In this document: positions 48,488 through 61,692 of the stretch, piece by piece
Numbering within the stretch: the stretch's first letter is position 1
Layout: the number at the start of each line of letters is the position of its first letter
NCBI GenBank assembly: GCA_964016885.1
Contig: CAXHJY010001756.1
Coordinates: forward strand, 1-64,000
DNA from: Eledone cirrhosa
Lineage: Eukaryota
Length of the DNA stretch: 64,000 bases
Direction: 5' to 3'
Notes under the pieces: model-generated
The model's input: the letters and a program-made list of their open reading frames with translations, nothing else
Database searches by the model: none
Told to the model about the DNA's origin: nothing
Made by a program: the position numbers and the translations under genes

Positions 48488-49888
48488 TATAACAAATTCT
48501 AGAAGATCTTACAGTAGAATAATTAATCATGATCATTCCAATAACTTTAATAAAAGACCTAGATACAAAAACATAATCTGGCATAATGCTCCTTTCTCCA
48601 TCTCTATTAATAATAATATTCCTAAATTATTCTTTAGTGCCTTAAATAAATGTTTCCCTCCCTCACATATCTATAGTAAAATATTTAACAAACACACTAT
48701 AAAATTCTCCTATTCGACATCCTCCAACATTTCCAACATTATCTCTAAACACAACAATAAAATACTAAATACTAAATCTCTTCCTTTCAACACTGAATAT
48801 CATAATAATAGTAATAGTACTCCCGACGTCATTGTAAACTCTAGGCTAATTTCTGCAAACCCATATACAACGTCAAACACAACTTCGCTAAATGTTCTTA
48901 ATCCCAAATGTTCTAAATCAAGAAACTATTATTCATATCGCAAATAACTTCTCCAATCCATTTCCTTCTATAGATAACACTAGGTCACTCGTTAATAATC
49001 TCTCTAATCGCAATTGCCCTGTTAAAAATAAATGTCCTCTCAACAACCATTGTCTTGATAAAAACTTAATCGACGAATGTAAAGTTATAACTGACACCAA
49101 TTCCTTCACCTATTTTGGCTCCACTTCCACCTCCTTTAAAGCTCGTCTTTATAATCATCATTCGTCTTTTAAATACCAACTTAAAAGAACCAACACGGCT
49201 CTCTCAGAACTCATATGGTCCTTGAAAGACAAAAATATTAAATATAACATCTCTTGGAAAAAGGTTTCTTCTGCTTATCCATACTTGAACAGTTCTCTAT
49301 CCAAGACTTGCAATCTCTGTCTAAATGAAAAGTTTACCATTATATCTAATGTAGATTCTATAATAAATAGGCGCACTGACTTGTTTTCTCTCTGCTTGCA
49401 TAAATTCCACAGAACATTCCATAAAGTATACAGCTAATATCCAATACTTTATCAATTTAGAATCCTTTTCTCAAAGGCACATATATATATATATACTTCT
49501 TTAAAAATATACCCATCTTTCTACCTTATTTCAAAGTTATTTATTATACATTATATAATACTTGTTACTCATTCTATATCACTCCTATTTATCACTTCCC
49601 TTTCCTCCTTTTCCTTTTCTTTTCTTTTTCTTTTAATTTCTAACCCCTAATCTGTACCTTTTCTCACTGTGCCTAACATAGAAACAATTATTACACAATA
49701 CAATATATTCTTACTTCATATCACCTTGAAAAAATCCTTCGTAAACATAAACATTTTTTTGACGTTAGATTATTCATCCTCAATTCATTATTTTTTTCTC
49801 ACTTTCATGCTATTTCATCCCATCTTCTACTTTTTTCACAATATATCCTTACTTACATTACCTTTGCTACTTATAATAATACATATCC

Positions 49889-50050
49889 ACATTTTCTTTC
49901 CATCGCACATATTATTAAACCCTTAAATATTATTCTTAATACATATTAACATTTTCTTTCCATCGCACATATTATTAAACCGTTAAATATTATTCTTAAT
50001 ACATATTAACAATTTCTTTTCATCGCACATATTATTAAACCCTTCAATAT
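49889..50050. repeat. 60-bp tandem repeat (about 2.7 copies) in the PLE 3' UTR
   Basis: catcgcacatattattaaac recurs at exactly 60-nt spacing. Confidence 0.9.
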
Positions 50051-50405
50051 ACAAACCTTAACTTTACAGTATTTTTCTCTTCGTTAATTTTCAAATTCTT
50101 TTAAATTATACATTATCTTCCAACGGTTTTTCAACCTCTCTATGTAAAACAATATATTTTTCTCAGTTATAAAAGCTATCTCTCTCTCTATCACCCATCT
50201 CTCCTCCTATCTCATCCTTCCTCATTATACTCCTCCCCCTCCACTTTTTACTCTCATCTCCTCCTCTTTTTCCTCCTTTCCAACCTCCACACCCCCCTCA
50301 AAATTTGTTTCCCAATATCACACATCAATCTAAAACTACTTTTCATATGTTGATTTAAAACTGCACTATCCACAAGTGTTTTATAACCTTGATATCATGT
50401 CTTCC

Positions 50406-50476
50406 TATTTTATCTGATGAAAAGACACATGTTATTGCATGATGATATTTGTTTTTGAAATGCGCATAATAAAATA
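50406..50476 (+). ncRNA. Type I hammerhead ribozyme, canonical core
   Basis: uauuuuau-CUGAUGA-aaagaca...uguuuuu-GAAA-ugcgca-UA-auaaaaua: 8-bp stem I and palindromic UGCGCA loop. Confidence 0.88.
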
Positions 50477-50504
50477 CATGGAACTCTTTTAACCATCTTT
50501 TGAT

Positions 50505-50588
<84 letters not shown>

Positions 50589-50744
50589 ATAAACAACACA
50601 ATTATTCCATTACCTATGGATTCGTGAAATAATTATATTATCTTGTTTATTATATAATGAAATAGCTCTTTACTATATATAGACCACTCTTCTTCCTTTA
50701 GCTTTTCGACGGAAATATATATACACACACACACACACACACAT

Positions 50745-50820
<76 letters not shown>

Positions 50821-51167
50821 GACGCTGTCATTCATACCTGGTGGGGTGTCAGTTTACCCCTCGGTGTCCATTGATAATTGGTGTGTAGAATAAACCTTTT
50901 AGTGTGTCTCGTCGATAGACGTAGATTGAACTGGTTAGTAGGAGAGTTGTGAAAAATAATATTAAGAATGGAGGAAAAATACATATTGGTGTTATGTTAG
51001 TTCATATATCAATAGTTCGTCTTCGAAGAATCTCTTTGAATATGAGTCATGAACCACAGGATTGTTTTGAATGCCTCTTATCGAAAGAAATTCTTTGACG
51101 ACGACATATAAACATCACCAGCACGACTCTTTCATTTTTCCTTTCTTTCTACCTTCCTTTTTTCTTT

Positions 51168-51360
51168 GGGCGGTGGATCGCAGTATCGGTAGAGTACCGG
51201 ACACCATGCTTTGCAGCATAGAGTTATGCCACTTTATGTTCTGAGTTCAAATCCCGCCGAGGTTAACTTTGCCTTTCATCCTTACGGGGTCGATACAATA
51301 AAGCACCAGTAATGCACTGGCGGTAATAGCTGGCCTTGTGCCAAAAGTAGAAACACTTAT
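51168..51360 (+). mobile_element. tRNA-derived SINE, near full length (partials at about 52130-52280 and 52590-52665)
   Basis: A-box-like 5' end, B box GAGTTCAAATCC and the family body. Confidence 0.85.
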
Positions 51361-53886
51361 TTATAAACAGTTACAAATACCTTCCATGTGAATACTTGCG
51401 CGTTTTGTCAGTGTGTTTTGTCATTTGATATAATTTGTTATGCATATTTTGTTCTCAGGCTAGTACCCATTACCCTTCACTAACAATGCGCCTGTCGTTA
51501 CACATGTCTATCATATGTTTGTCTTTTATGCATTAGCTTTTCAATTCTGCTAAATCTTACTTTTAAGAATATGTATTCATTAAGACGTCACGACGTTTTG
51601 AAATATATCACTCCTATATTCAATAATGTGTATATTCTACCAAATTTCAACACACATCAATAACATTCATAATTGGGTCAAGATTATTTATGTATATAAG
51701 TGAGACCGTCAAGCAACGTACTGCAATGTCTACGTCATATATGAATGGGATCGATGAAGTTAATATCCAGATTAAACATTTATTTGTCGACATATGAAAT
51801 AACAAAGAGTCAAACCAAAACAAATATATATATACATAAATGAAGGAGCGATTTCAAAGAGTTTATTTTCTGATAAGGAAACATTGAAGGTAAAGTTAGT
51901 ACAGATCTGCGTAATAAGTTTACGACAGAAGCCCTATTCTGATTCCTGTAACGCTGTTTCGTATTTTCTTTCAATCAACATTTGCACCAGGAACATCCAC
52001 AAAATATTCAACAACGTTTAGTGTTTTGACGGTGTAACAAACAGAGGTTCCTTTTCCAGGATATGTAGGTATATTGCATGACTTTTATAAAACATGTTGT
52101 TTATAATATAGGATTTTATTATTACATGATAGTTTTGAGTTCAAATCTCACCAAGTTTAGCTTTGACTTTTACCCTTAAAGGATCGATAAAGTAAATCAC
52201 CAAGAGTGCACTGGGGTCGATTTGAACGATGTTCGCCTCTCCTCAAAATTGCTAGCCTTTTGACTAAATCAGAAACAGCCATTACATAATATCTTGGGTT
52301 GCGGTTTGGCAATATAGTCCGAAAGTCGGAAACAAAATTGCCGTTGAACTCCCTGCTATTCTCTGAACTTGCTTTTCATGCTTCCGCAATCGTCAAAGTG
52401 AAACACCATAGTGCTGCAATCTATATAGTCGATTTTCACATCTACCCCCAAATTGCTTCTCCTGTGGAAGACATTTCGAGATATATTGGTGTCGATATAA
52501 AAATAGCGGGCAAGTACTGAAGTCAATATAATCGACTTCTTTCCTCAAAATTTGTGGACATCTGCTTAAATCAGAAACCATTATTATATACGGGGTCGAT
52601 GAAATAAAGTACGAGTAATATACTGGATAATTGCTGGCCTTGTGCCAAAAGTAGAAACAATTATTATATACAAGAGAATACGTACTGTCAGATTTTTTGG
52701 ATTACTGAAATATGGAATTGATTAAATTGAAGATAATTACAAAACTGCCCAGTACAAAGGCAAACGTAAGATTAAAACCCAGTACCTTGTGATTGGAAAA
52801 CGAAATATTTTTTTTTGTTGCATCTTGACGGAGATAGCTATGTGTGTGTGTATGCTTATAATTGAAATGAAAAACTATTGAATGACAAAATCCATCATAT
52901 TTATTACAGCATTTATCCATTATGCTTTTCAGCTATATCTAATCTTCTACTGGGATAACGTAGCTGTATGTCGAGAGCTGTGTTATAATTGCCAAATATG
53001 TTGTTAATAGAAATTAGCCACAATTTTGTTTTTCCCATAGTTTTTATATTCCAAATGAAGAGCACTGGAATATGATTTCGAGAAAACATTCTACATAATA
53101 AAATGCATGGAAACAAATACATTAAACACAACAAAAAACAATGTAACCCTTTAGTTTCCATATTTCTATTAAAGCCAGATCAAAATTGCGATTGAATGTT
53201 TTTAGACAGACATATATATTTAAGCCGTTGGACATCATATTTCTAATAAAAGCACTGCCTATTATTTTCAAATCCACTTGAAAATAATTTAGAATTTGAA
53301 GGATTAACTTGCTCATTAATTTGGTGGTGTTTAAAACTTAGTCAATAATTTGAATATAAAAGATTATAAAACAAAGAATATTTTAATATAAAAACGTTTG
53401 TTTTCACTTGGTTTGGTAGAAAAAGAGTTAATAATCTCATAAACAAAGAAAAATAAATAAGCAAGTTGATCATTTACAAAAACCGAATTCGTATCTCCTA
53501 TTTACTTATTATTATTTTTTCATTTTTTTGTAAATGCCAGAGAGAAAACTTGAATAATTGAAATCGATGTGTCACAGGTGGAAATGGTTATGAAAACATA
53601 TTTGAAGTACACTTTTACAATGAAAGTGGCATTTAACAAAATTGTTATGTACTGTTTACTTTAGATGTATATCACTATATATATATCACATTCGGTAAAA
53701 TAATGGACGTTACAGGGCTTAAAGCAAGTCAACTATTGAAGAACTGAGTAATTGAGATATAATAATTATTTGTAACAGCTGCAAATACAGCACATATGTA
53801 CGTGGTTTTAATGTATATATCTTACGTTTAGAGCCATTCATACACCATATTATTTATTACTATTGATTTATATATATATATATATA

Positions 53887-54085
53887 TTAGAAAGTGAGGT
53901 TTTTTTTACAAAATGAAAAATAACCGAGGTGTCCTACACGAGTGGAAGTATAAAGAAAAAGGGATGAAATCGAAAATGCAACTGAAGTCTTATTTTTTTT
54001 TAAAATATATATATTTATTTGGTTCCTTTACCGGTTTCGCAGTTCTTCTGCTTTTCAAAAGGTGAGTTGAGATGGAGGGTCTGTG

Positions 54086-54090
<5 letters not shown>
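53887..54090 (-). mobile_element. Family E PLE-type 3' end
   Basis: Homologous to 5983-6212; abuts (TA)n. Confidence 0.72.
54025..54062 (-). ncRNA. 38-nt minimal hammerhead with U3-A8 core
   Basis: ccuu-UUGAAAA-gcag/aagaa/cugc-GAAA-ccgg-UA-aagg; all helices pair perfectly. Confidence 0.82.
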
Positions 54091-54138
<48 letters not shown>

Positions 54139-54279
54139 CTCTCAACATCCACACATACTCATACATACTGACACACATGATGAATGGGTGCGTAAAATTC
54201 ATAAGGTAATTCAGCGACGATTCCATAGTACATTCGAAGTTTACCAAATCAGGATTGTCCGAGGATTCAAAGATGGGTT

Positions 54280-54735
54280 AGAACATATCACTAGCTCCAA
54301 TGATAAAGATGTATCTCTTAGGATCTCCAGATTGTTTGCCTCTCAATCATCTTTCAACTCACCGGCGGACTACTACAACGTTGCTGTACTTAGGGCCGGT
54401 TATGATCAACCACTAACATTTTTTCCGGATATACCCTCCGCGGGGAAATCCAACAACCCCACTAGGAAAACATCAGAAGCATATCACACAAAATTTGCAA
54501 ATTTAAATACCGACGACTCAAAAACCCCACAATGGCGAGACAAATAATAATACTGAAAATAAAAAAAACACAAAGGAGATCCCGAACAAAATCATACCTA
54601 TGGTATAATCTGCCGCACAACGATCTGGTAACTACTAAGCTTTCCTATCTCTTCTTCAAACTTATAGACGAATACTTTACTCCAACACAAATTCCATGAA
54701 ATACTAAATAGAGACACGATCCGACTATCAATGTG
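54280..54735 (+). pseudogene. Degenerate Naiad-like PLE RT thumb/linker
   Basis: VSLRISRLFASQSSFNSPADYYNVAVLRAGY, then WYNLPHN...LFFKLIDEYF. Confidence 0.65.
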
Positions 54736-54739
54736 TCGT

Positions 54740-55445
54740 AAAAAAAAGATTAGCATATTATGTATTGTGGATATTGCTTTACTGTGAAACTGTAGGGTGA
54801 ATAAGAAGGAAAATGAGGAAGTTGAGAAATACCAAGAGGCGAAGAAAGAAATCAGAAAACGGTGGCGAATCAGACATGTGGAAATGTTACCGATTGTGGT
54901 TGGTGGATTGGGGACAGTTAGTAGAAGGTTGGATGCAAGGTTTGAGAAGCTAAGAATTACCATCCGGACATGTTTGTTCCAGAAAACACCCTTGCTCTGA
55001 ACAACATCAACATCAAGGACCTGGTATAGTGTATGTATAACATCTGCTAGTATAAAAGTGTAACGTGCCTGATTGTAGATGTATCCTGCCCATTTGACAC
55101 GAGAGTGCAAGAAAAGGTGAGGGAGAATATTAACCGATACCAGGATTTAAAGTGGGAGTTAAAACGGATTTGGAACTGCCATGAAATCAAGGTCGTCCTA
55201 ATTGGCATAAGCGCACTAGGTACTATCTCAAAGAGTTTACAAGGATGGTTAAAGAAGACTAGTCCAGGCCCGCTTTTTGGAACACTTCAAAAGGCATGCT
55301 TGCTGGGAACAGCAAGAACGCTCCGATACGTCCTGAATGTCTGAGGCTGCAGGTAGCGGCTTGATATTCATTTCAACAACATTTCCAGTTAAACAACATC
55401 AATGACTGAGACTCAAAGAACAATAACAATAATGATAATAATAAT
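54740..55445 (+). mobile_element. Two tandem RLE-LINE (R4/Dong-like) C-terminal fragments with (TAA)n tail
   Basis: IVDIA...KKENEEVEKYQE...PIVVGGLG (54740-55000) and IVDVSCPFD...RYQDLKWELKRIW...ALG...LQKACLLGTARTLRYVL (55060-55344). Confidence 0.75.
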
Positions 55446-55625
55446 TGTTTCTACATTAGGCACAAGTCCAGCAATTACCCAGTGCATTACTGGTACTTTA
55501 TTTTATCGACCCCGTAAGGATGAAAGGCAAAGTCAACCTCGGCGGGATTTGAACTCAGATCGTAAAGGGACGTAACTATGCTGGAAAGCATGGCGTCCGA
55601 CCCTCTACTGATACTGCCAATCCAC
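55444..55625 (-). mobile_element. tRNA-derived SINE
   Basis: Nearly identical to 20028-20212. Confidence 0.85.
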
Positions 55626-55663
<38 letters not shown>

Positions 55664-55918
55664 TGATGATTTCTTTATTAACCACAAGGGTTTACATAAA
55701 GGAGACATTAAGGACAGTGCAGGACAATACAGTACGGTACAAATGGGCATTTCTGCGTGTAAAAAACAAAAACAGAGGATGTAACAAAAAAATAACAATG
55801 AAAAATTCCCCACTAGGGGGGAGACTTCGGAGGGACATTTGTGGAGAAAGCCCAGTAAAAGGCCACAGTGACCCTGACCACCAAGGCAAGTGCCCTCTCC
55901 CAGTTTTCCACCTTTAAT

Positions 55919-58900
55919 TTACAGATATATACTCAGAGTAGGCCCATTCACTCGGGCCATTCTTGCTTCTCTCACCCATCTTTCAACAATATGCTGGGAA
56001 GAGAGCACTTCCCTCTCTACTCTGATTTTCCTTTTCAAATGAAATTTGAAAAAGTCAATCAGGGCATCACCGAAGAGGTAAGTGCTCGTCTTCAGCCATT
56101 TCAAACGTGTCCACCATACTATCTCTTTCGCCATGGCCACCAGACAGATAAACACTGCCTGCCTTTCCCGGCTAAAGGAGGAGGGCGGGGCAACCCTCAC
56201 AATGGACTCAGATGATAGCTGGATCCGTCCTACTCGCGACAGCAGGTGTCGACATAAACCCACCAGTCAGCAATTTTCGGACACTGAACGAGTGCGTGCA
56301 GGACGGTTCGTCGCCCTGTGTGCATCTCGGACATGCCCGGCTGACGGCACCTCCACGCCTGTAGAGTTTATCCCGAACTGGCAAGGCTCCTCGGTAGCAC
56401 TGCCAGGCCAGAGATTTCTGGAAGTTGTCCATAGGCCCTGGCCCGAAAGTTCTTCCGAAGAGATTGGCTAGTTGATTTTCGTCGACGCCTAGAGTTTCTC
56501 CAAGTACGTCGTCGCTCTTCCCCTCCACTAATCCTCTATAGAACGCCGAGGTGGAGTTTCCACCGATCACATTGCCCGATTGGTCGAGGGCTGTGAGCGC
56601 CTGAAGACATTCCAGTTTCCAGGCGCTCCCTCTCGGTCTTCGCTTGATCCATGACTGCAGCTCCGTCAAGGAAACGAGCTGGGGAAATACGTGTCTAGCA
56701 AACGGCGACCACACCTGATCACCGTCGAGGAAGAGGTGGAGATGTCGTAGCCTGAGCGCGTGTCTGCGCATCATCAGCCACGGCATTCCCAGCCCTCCAC
56801 GTAGCGGGTGTTGACAGCAGATGGACCGCCTGACCATCGGAGCGCGTCCCTTCCACAAAAAGCGAAAGAGCAAACGCTCCAGCGCAGTCAGGCGGGGCTT
56901 AGGACAACGTACGACGGTCAGGCGGTAGCAGATGACAGACGCGATGTACGCGTTAGCCACCTCCGCTCGACCTTTCAGGGATAGCTTCCTCTCCACCCAT
57001 TTCTGGGTGACAGAAGCCACCCTGCTCGTCACCTCGTCCCAGTTTTTGTCCGTCTGGAGGTCCGGACCGAACCAGACCCCTAGCAATTTAACCGGTCCGT
57101 CCGACGACGCTGTTGGACGGCATGGACCTGCCTCTCCAGGTGCCGAGCTGCAGGCCCACTGACTTTTCCTGGTTGATCATTGCTCCCGTCACCGCTTCGT
57201 ATTCTCTTAGTATAGTGCCGATCGCCTCGATGTGTTTGGCGTTCGACACCACTACGGTGACATCGTCCGCATATGCTGACACGGATCTTCCGCATCCTAG
57301 TTCGCGCGGGACGCCCCTCAACGTCTCCAGTTTGTGCAGTAATGGCTCGAGAGTCAATACGTACAAGAGGGACGAGAGGGGACATCCTTGGCGGACCGAG
57401 CGCATGATGTTGAACGGTTCCGACAGGTGACCGTTCACTCTCACCACAGAGCAGATGTCGCTGTGCATGGCAGCGATCCAGTCTCTGAAGACGGGCCCAA
57501 AGCCAGCCGCCCTCAGGACTGTTGCTAGGTAACGATGGTCGACCCTATCGAAAGCTTTCGACTGATCTAAATTGATCAAGGACCCACCCGTGCCAGGTTC
57601 CCTAGCTACCCTCTCTACGATGTATCGCATGAGGTGGAGGTGGTCGTGGATGGACCTGTCGGGAATGGCACAGGTCTGCGCCTCTCCCACCAGACCACCA
57701 ACGACAAGCGCCAACCTCTTTGCTAGCACCTTGGCCAAAATCTTGAACTCTGTGTTTAGCAGAGTTATGGGCCGGAAATTATCTATGTTTTCCCCCTTGT
57801 TTGGATCCTTTCTCAGCAGCGCCACAGCTCCTCGGCTTACAGAACTGGGAATTCTCCCGTTCTGTTGCCAGTTGCAGTAGACGTCCGCCAAGAGGCCTCC
57901 GAACAAGTCTGGCATCTGTACGTAAAGTTCATAGGGCAGACCATCAAAACCAGGCGATTTACCCTTTGTGCAGCCAGTCATTGCCTCCCTTACTTCAGCG
58001 GCTGTTATCGGCTTTTCTCAACACTCCGCCTCAGTGCCCGAGAGCCGCGGCTGTCCGTTGAGGTAGACACTAAAGTCCATCCCCCGACCCGGCCCAAATC
58101 GCCCCCGAACAGCTGAGCGAAGAGTCGCTGAAAAGCTTCACAACTTTGCCCGGGATCGAGTAGCATGCGCCCGACGTAGGTCCACTAAAGACCGAATCGT
58201 GGCTTTGTTGCCACGATGCGCCTCCGCCACTCGGGCCCATTGAACCACTTTTCGTCCCCTCGTTTCTGACAGCACGCACCCTAGCACTGTCAACGTAGCC
58301 TTCATGCTTTGCATTGAAGAATTGGTCAAGGGCCAATTTCGCCACAAGCACGTCGGTCGCGATGCCTTTGCTAAGCGCCTCGTCTAATTTCCTAACTAGT
58401 TCTCCCTCTGCTCTATTTTTCTCTATTGCTAAAGCCTTGCTAATGGATTCTATTCTAATCGCTCTTTTCAGAGCAAACCACCACTTGTTGTTGACGATGG
58501 CCCCCGTCAACGCCCGCTTAACTAGTTCGCTAATCCGGTCTCTGTAGGCCTTGCGCGCTGGTAAGGACGCGTTTAGCTTCCAGTAGCCGGGTCCTCGTCT
58601 ATGAAGCCTATCTAATTCAAGCACACAGATCACGAATTTGTGGGCCGTGTAGCTGACTATCTTGAATTGTGGACAGCCTATGCTAGACCTATCTATTTCC
58701 CTACAAAATACTTTATCTAGATATGATCTGGATGACCCTGTGCAATCTGTCCAAGTCCACGTTGGCACATTCGGGAAATCCAATCGGTACCTGTCAGACA
58801 GTTCAAAACGCCTGAGCAGGTTGATGAGGCCCTTGCACCCTCCACCCCTATCCGCTAATCCCACACAGTCCTAGCGTGCATCTAAGATCCCGTTCCAGTC

Positions 58901-59320
58901 GCCCACTAACACTAAAGAGCGGGACGTTCCAAGAAAGGTCTTCAGACGCCGGACGAAATCAGGTCGCCCTGCTCCTGTCGGGGCATAGACGGCCACTAGC
59001 CTGAAAGCTTGCCCGTCTCCGCTGGTCACGTCCAGCACCACCAACTTACCCTCTGGGTCCAGGAAGATGGCCCGTATGGCGAGATACAAACCTCTCCGAA
59101 AAAGCACAGCAACTACTCCCCCCGATCCAGCACGCCTGGGAGATGCGTATACATTGTAGCCGCCGAAGATCGGTGCGAAGGCCCGTGCTTCGGAGATTCT
59201 GATCTCTCTGATGGCCACTACATCTATATTTAGTGACCTGAGGTCGTTGAGCAGGTGACCCTGCTTCCATGACGACCCCAAGCCACGCGCATTTATGCTG
59301 CCTTTTCTGAGTGAGGTCAT
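55919..59320 (-). pseudogene. LINE ORF2: AP endonuclease, RT and C-terminal CxxC
   Basis: SINARGL, VYAP, GDWN, SYLD, GYWKLN, KSPGFDGLP, NFRPITLLN, LDQSKAFDRVDH, VRQGCPLS, AYADD and CPRC; split by stops and frameshifts. Confidence 0.92.
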
Positions 59321-59679
59321 GTTTAAAATAGAGTGGAAAAGATGGGAAAGACCACTTACCGTACATTTCGTAGAGGAAGGATCGTTTCTCCATCCCTTTT
59401 CACTTGATCGTCTGGTGAAGGGACCGTTGAATCGTCCCTTCGGCTGGTCGTCGGCGCTTCTATGAGTATGTCCGAATTTACTCTCCGGTTGAGAGTCCCT
59501 GCTAGGTCTCTGAAATCACCAACTGCGTTGGAGAATTTCGTTTTAATGTTTGTGTATTGTTTCTGTGCTATTTTTAGCAGTCTTATGTCCGTTGGTGTTT
59601 TGATTGGTGCTGGTATTATGTAGTCGTGCTGTGAAATGTCTGTGTTCAATTATGTAAGTCATTAGTTTCTTGTGTGTAT

Positions 59680-61251
59680 TTATTGCCGTGCATTTGTTTT
59701 TCTGGGGGTAGGGTGTGGTTCTGCTATTTTCTTGTCGTTGTTGTGGGTGTGTGTGTTTTGTTGTTGTGTTTGCGATGTTGGTGCTTGTGGTGGTGGTGTT
59801 GAAGGTGTCGTTGTTGTTGGCGGTGGGGTTGTCGCCGGTTGTGATGGTGGTGCTAGTGTGGGTGGTGCTAGTGTGGGTGGTGATGGTGTTGGTGGTGTTG
59901 CTGCTGTGAGTCTCTTTGCAGTAGCCTTTACCCTTTTTTCATTTCTTTCCTCCCTTTTCGAAGGGGACGATGCGCTGCTTCTGCGTTTGTTGCTTCTTAC
60001 GACCTTTTGCCATCCCTCTCCCACCTCACACTCCATGTCTGATTCTGTGAGATCGGGGAGGGGTACCAGCTCCATTCTTTCACTTGTTGTTGTTGGTGAT
60101 GTTTGCAGTGGAGTCTCTGTTGCAGCTGCATTTGTTATTACTGTTGTTGTTGTTAATACTTCCACTGCTGCTGCTGTTCTTGATTTCCGTGGCATGGGTA
60201 TGGGTGCCACGGACCTATCATTCCTGGTTGCCTCTTGTCCTGTTGCTCGTAGCCGTGGAGCCGGTTTCGGAAGGAGGGGGGTTTTCTAATTCCTCAGCGT
60301 CTTCTCGTTGCAGAAGGCCCTGAGGTGAGTCTTCGATCCACAGCGAAAGCATTTCGGGCGTTTGCCCTCAACACTTATGGGCAGTTGAGTGCCGTTATCG
60401 AAGTCTATCACATCCGGGATAGCTTCGATGCACTCCTGGTTGGTTTGGATTAACATCTCAATGGAGGTGCCGACCCAATCTTCTCTTACTTTTTCTGTAC
60501 TTGCAGTACAGTTGTTTTGTCTTCGATTCCGACGAGGACAGACGCGGTCAGCCAAGAAGGAGCCATCCCGGGGGGCGGGGACGTGGGTCAGTTTGAGCCT
60601 CACAATTTTTTGCCCGCAGTAGGAGGGCACCAACACCATTTCCTCGCACCTTAGGGTCACTAAGGATTGAGCCATTGCCTACTGGGGTGTGGCAAAAAGC
60701 ACGTCTACGGTGGCATATTTCTTGCCTCGTGTGAAATGCGTTTTCTTCTGCCACACAGACCCTAAGGCTTTTTGTATTTGAGCCTCTGTGGCTCTTTCAA
60801 CCCTACGGGATTTTGTGCTTACTGTACGGTACGTGACCGTACAGTGCTTTTGGGTTTCGAAAAAATTTTCGGCTGCCTTGGAGATTGCTCGGTGTCCGAT
60901 TTTCGTCACCATCTTCTTTGCTTCCTCTAATTCCTCATTTGTTATGAGGATGGTTTCCAGGTTCTTTGCGATACTTGCAGACGAGATTGGTTTTTCTTTG
61001 CTGCTGTTGTTGTTGTCGTTGTCGTCAGAGCTGTTGTTACTTTTGTTGTTGCTGCAGGTTCTACGACTACTGCCGCCGCCGCTGTTGCTGTAGTTGTTGT
61101 TGTTGTTGCTGCTGCTGCTGTTGTTGTTGCTGTTGCTGCTAATGCTGTTGTTGTTTATGCTGCTGCTGATGCTGTTTCGGCTGCTACTATTGTTTTCCTT
61201 GTCACTGTTGCTGCTGCTTCAGTTATTACGGATGCAACAGCTATTATTCAT
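59680..61251 (-). pseudogene. LINE ORF1 (gag-like, zinc knuckle)
   Basis: CFRCGSKTHLRAFC (CX2CX4HX4C), low-complexity N-terminus and Pro/Thr-rich C-terminus; interrupted. Confidence 0.8.
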
Positions 61252-61516
61252 GACGTCAGACGAATGAAATGGGTTTTCGTATTTACCGCACACCTTTTTC
61301 GTCGTTGGGCACAACACCCCAATAAGCGGTTATTTAACCCCGAAGGGCCAAATAACGGGCAGAAAGACCCCTCTCACGAGGAGGAGGGTGTTTTTGTCTA
61401 CAATTTGGTTAAAGTTTTAAACAATTTACAATTGTCATCGCGGTCAAAATTTACAATACCTTACAGAGCCGAGCATCCGTCAACCATGGCATTCAATAAT
61501 AATAATAATAATAATA

Positions 61517-61692
61517 ATTGTTTTTACTTTTGGCACAAAGCCAGCAATCACCCTATGCATTACTGGTACTTTATTTTATCGACCCCATAAGGATGAAAGT
61601 CAAAGTTAACCTCGGCGAGATTTGATCTCAGAATGGCAAGGGCATTAATTCTATGCGTCAAAGTATGATGTCCGACCCTCTACCGATACTAC
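61517..61692 (-). mobile_element. tRNA-derived SINE with (ATT)n tail
   Basis: Same family as 20028-20212. Confidence 0.8.

Larger units (their letters stand above)
48488..50490 (+). mobile_element. 5'-truncated Naiad-like PLE: linker, GIY-YIG (to 49437) and 3' UTR/pLTR
   Basis: KNIIWHNAPFS...KIFNKHTIKFSYS, then ORF 48892-49437 (KCPL..CL, YFGST, FKARLYNH, CNLC, CLH); HHR near the end; (TA)n downstream. Confidence 0.88.
55661..61494 (-). mobile_element. Near full-length Tx1/L1-clade LINE, degenerate
   Basis: GC-rich 5.8-kb block with ORF1 and ORF2 remnants; AATAAA near 55675 on the minus strand; (AAT)n on both sides. Confidence 0.9.

Noticed and set aside
51168-51260. tRNA gene
   Set aside because: The A/B boxes belong to a multi-copy SINE head, and no cloverleaf forms.
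52913-53316. Short minus-strand ORFs as a host gene
   Set aside because: AT-rich, discontinuous frames and no recognisable domain.
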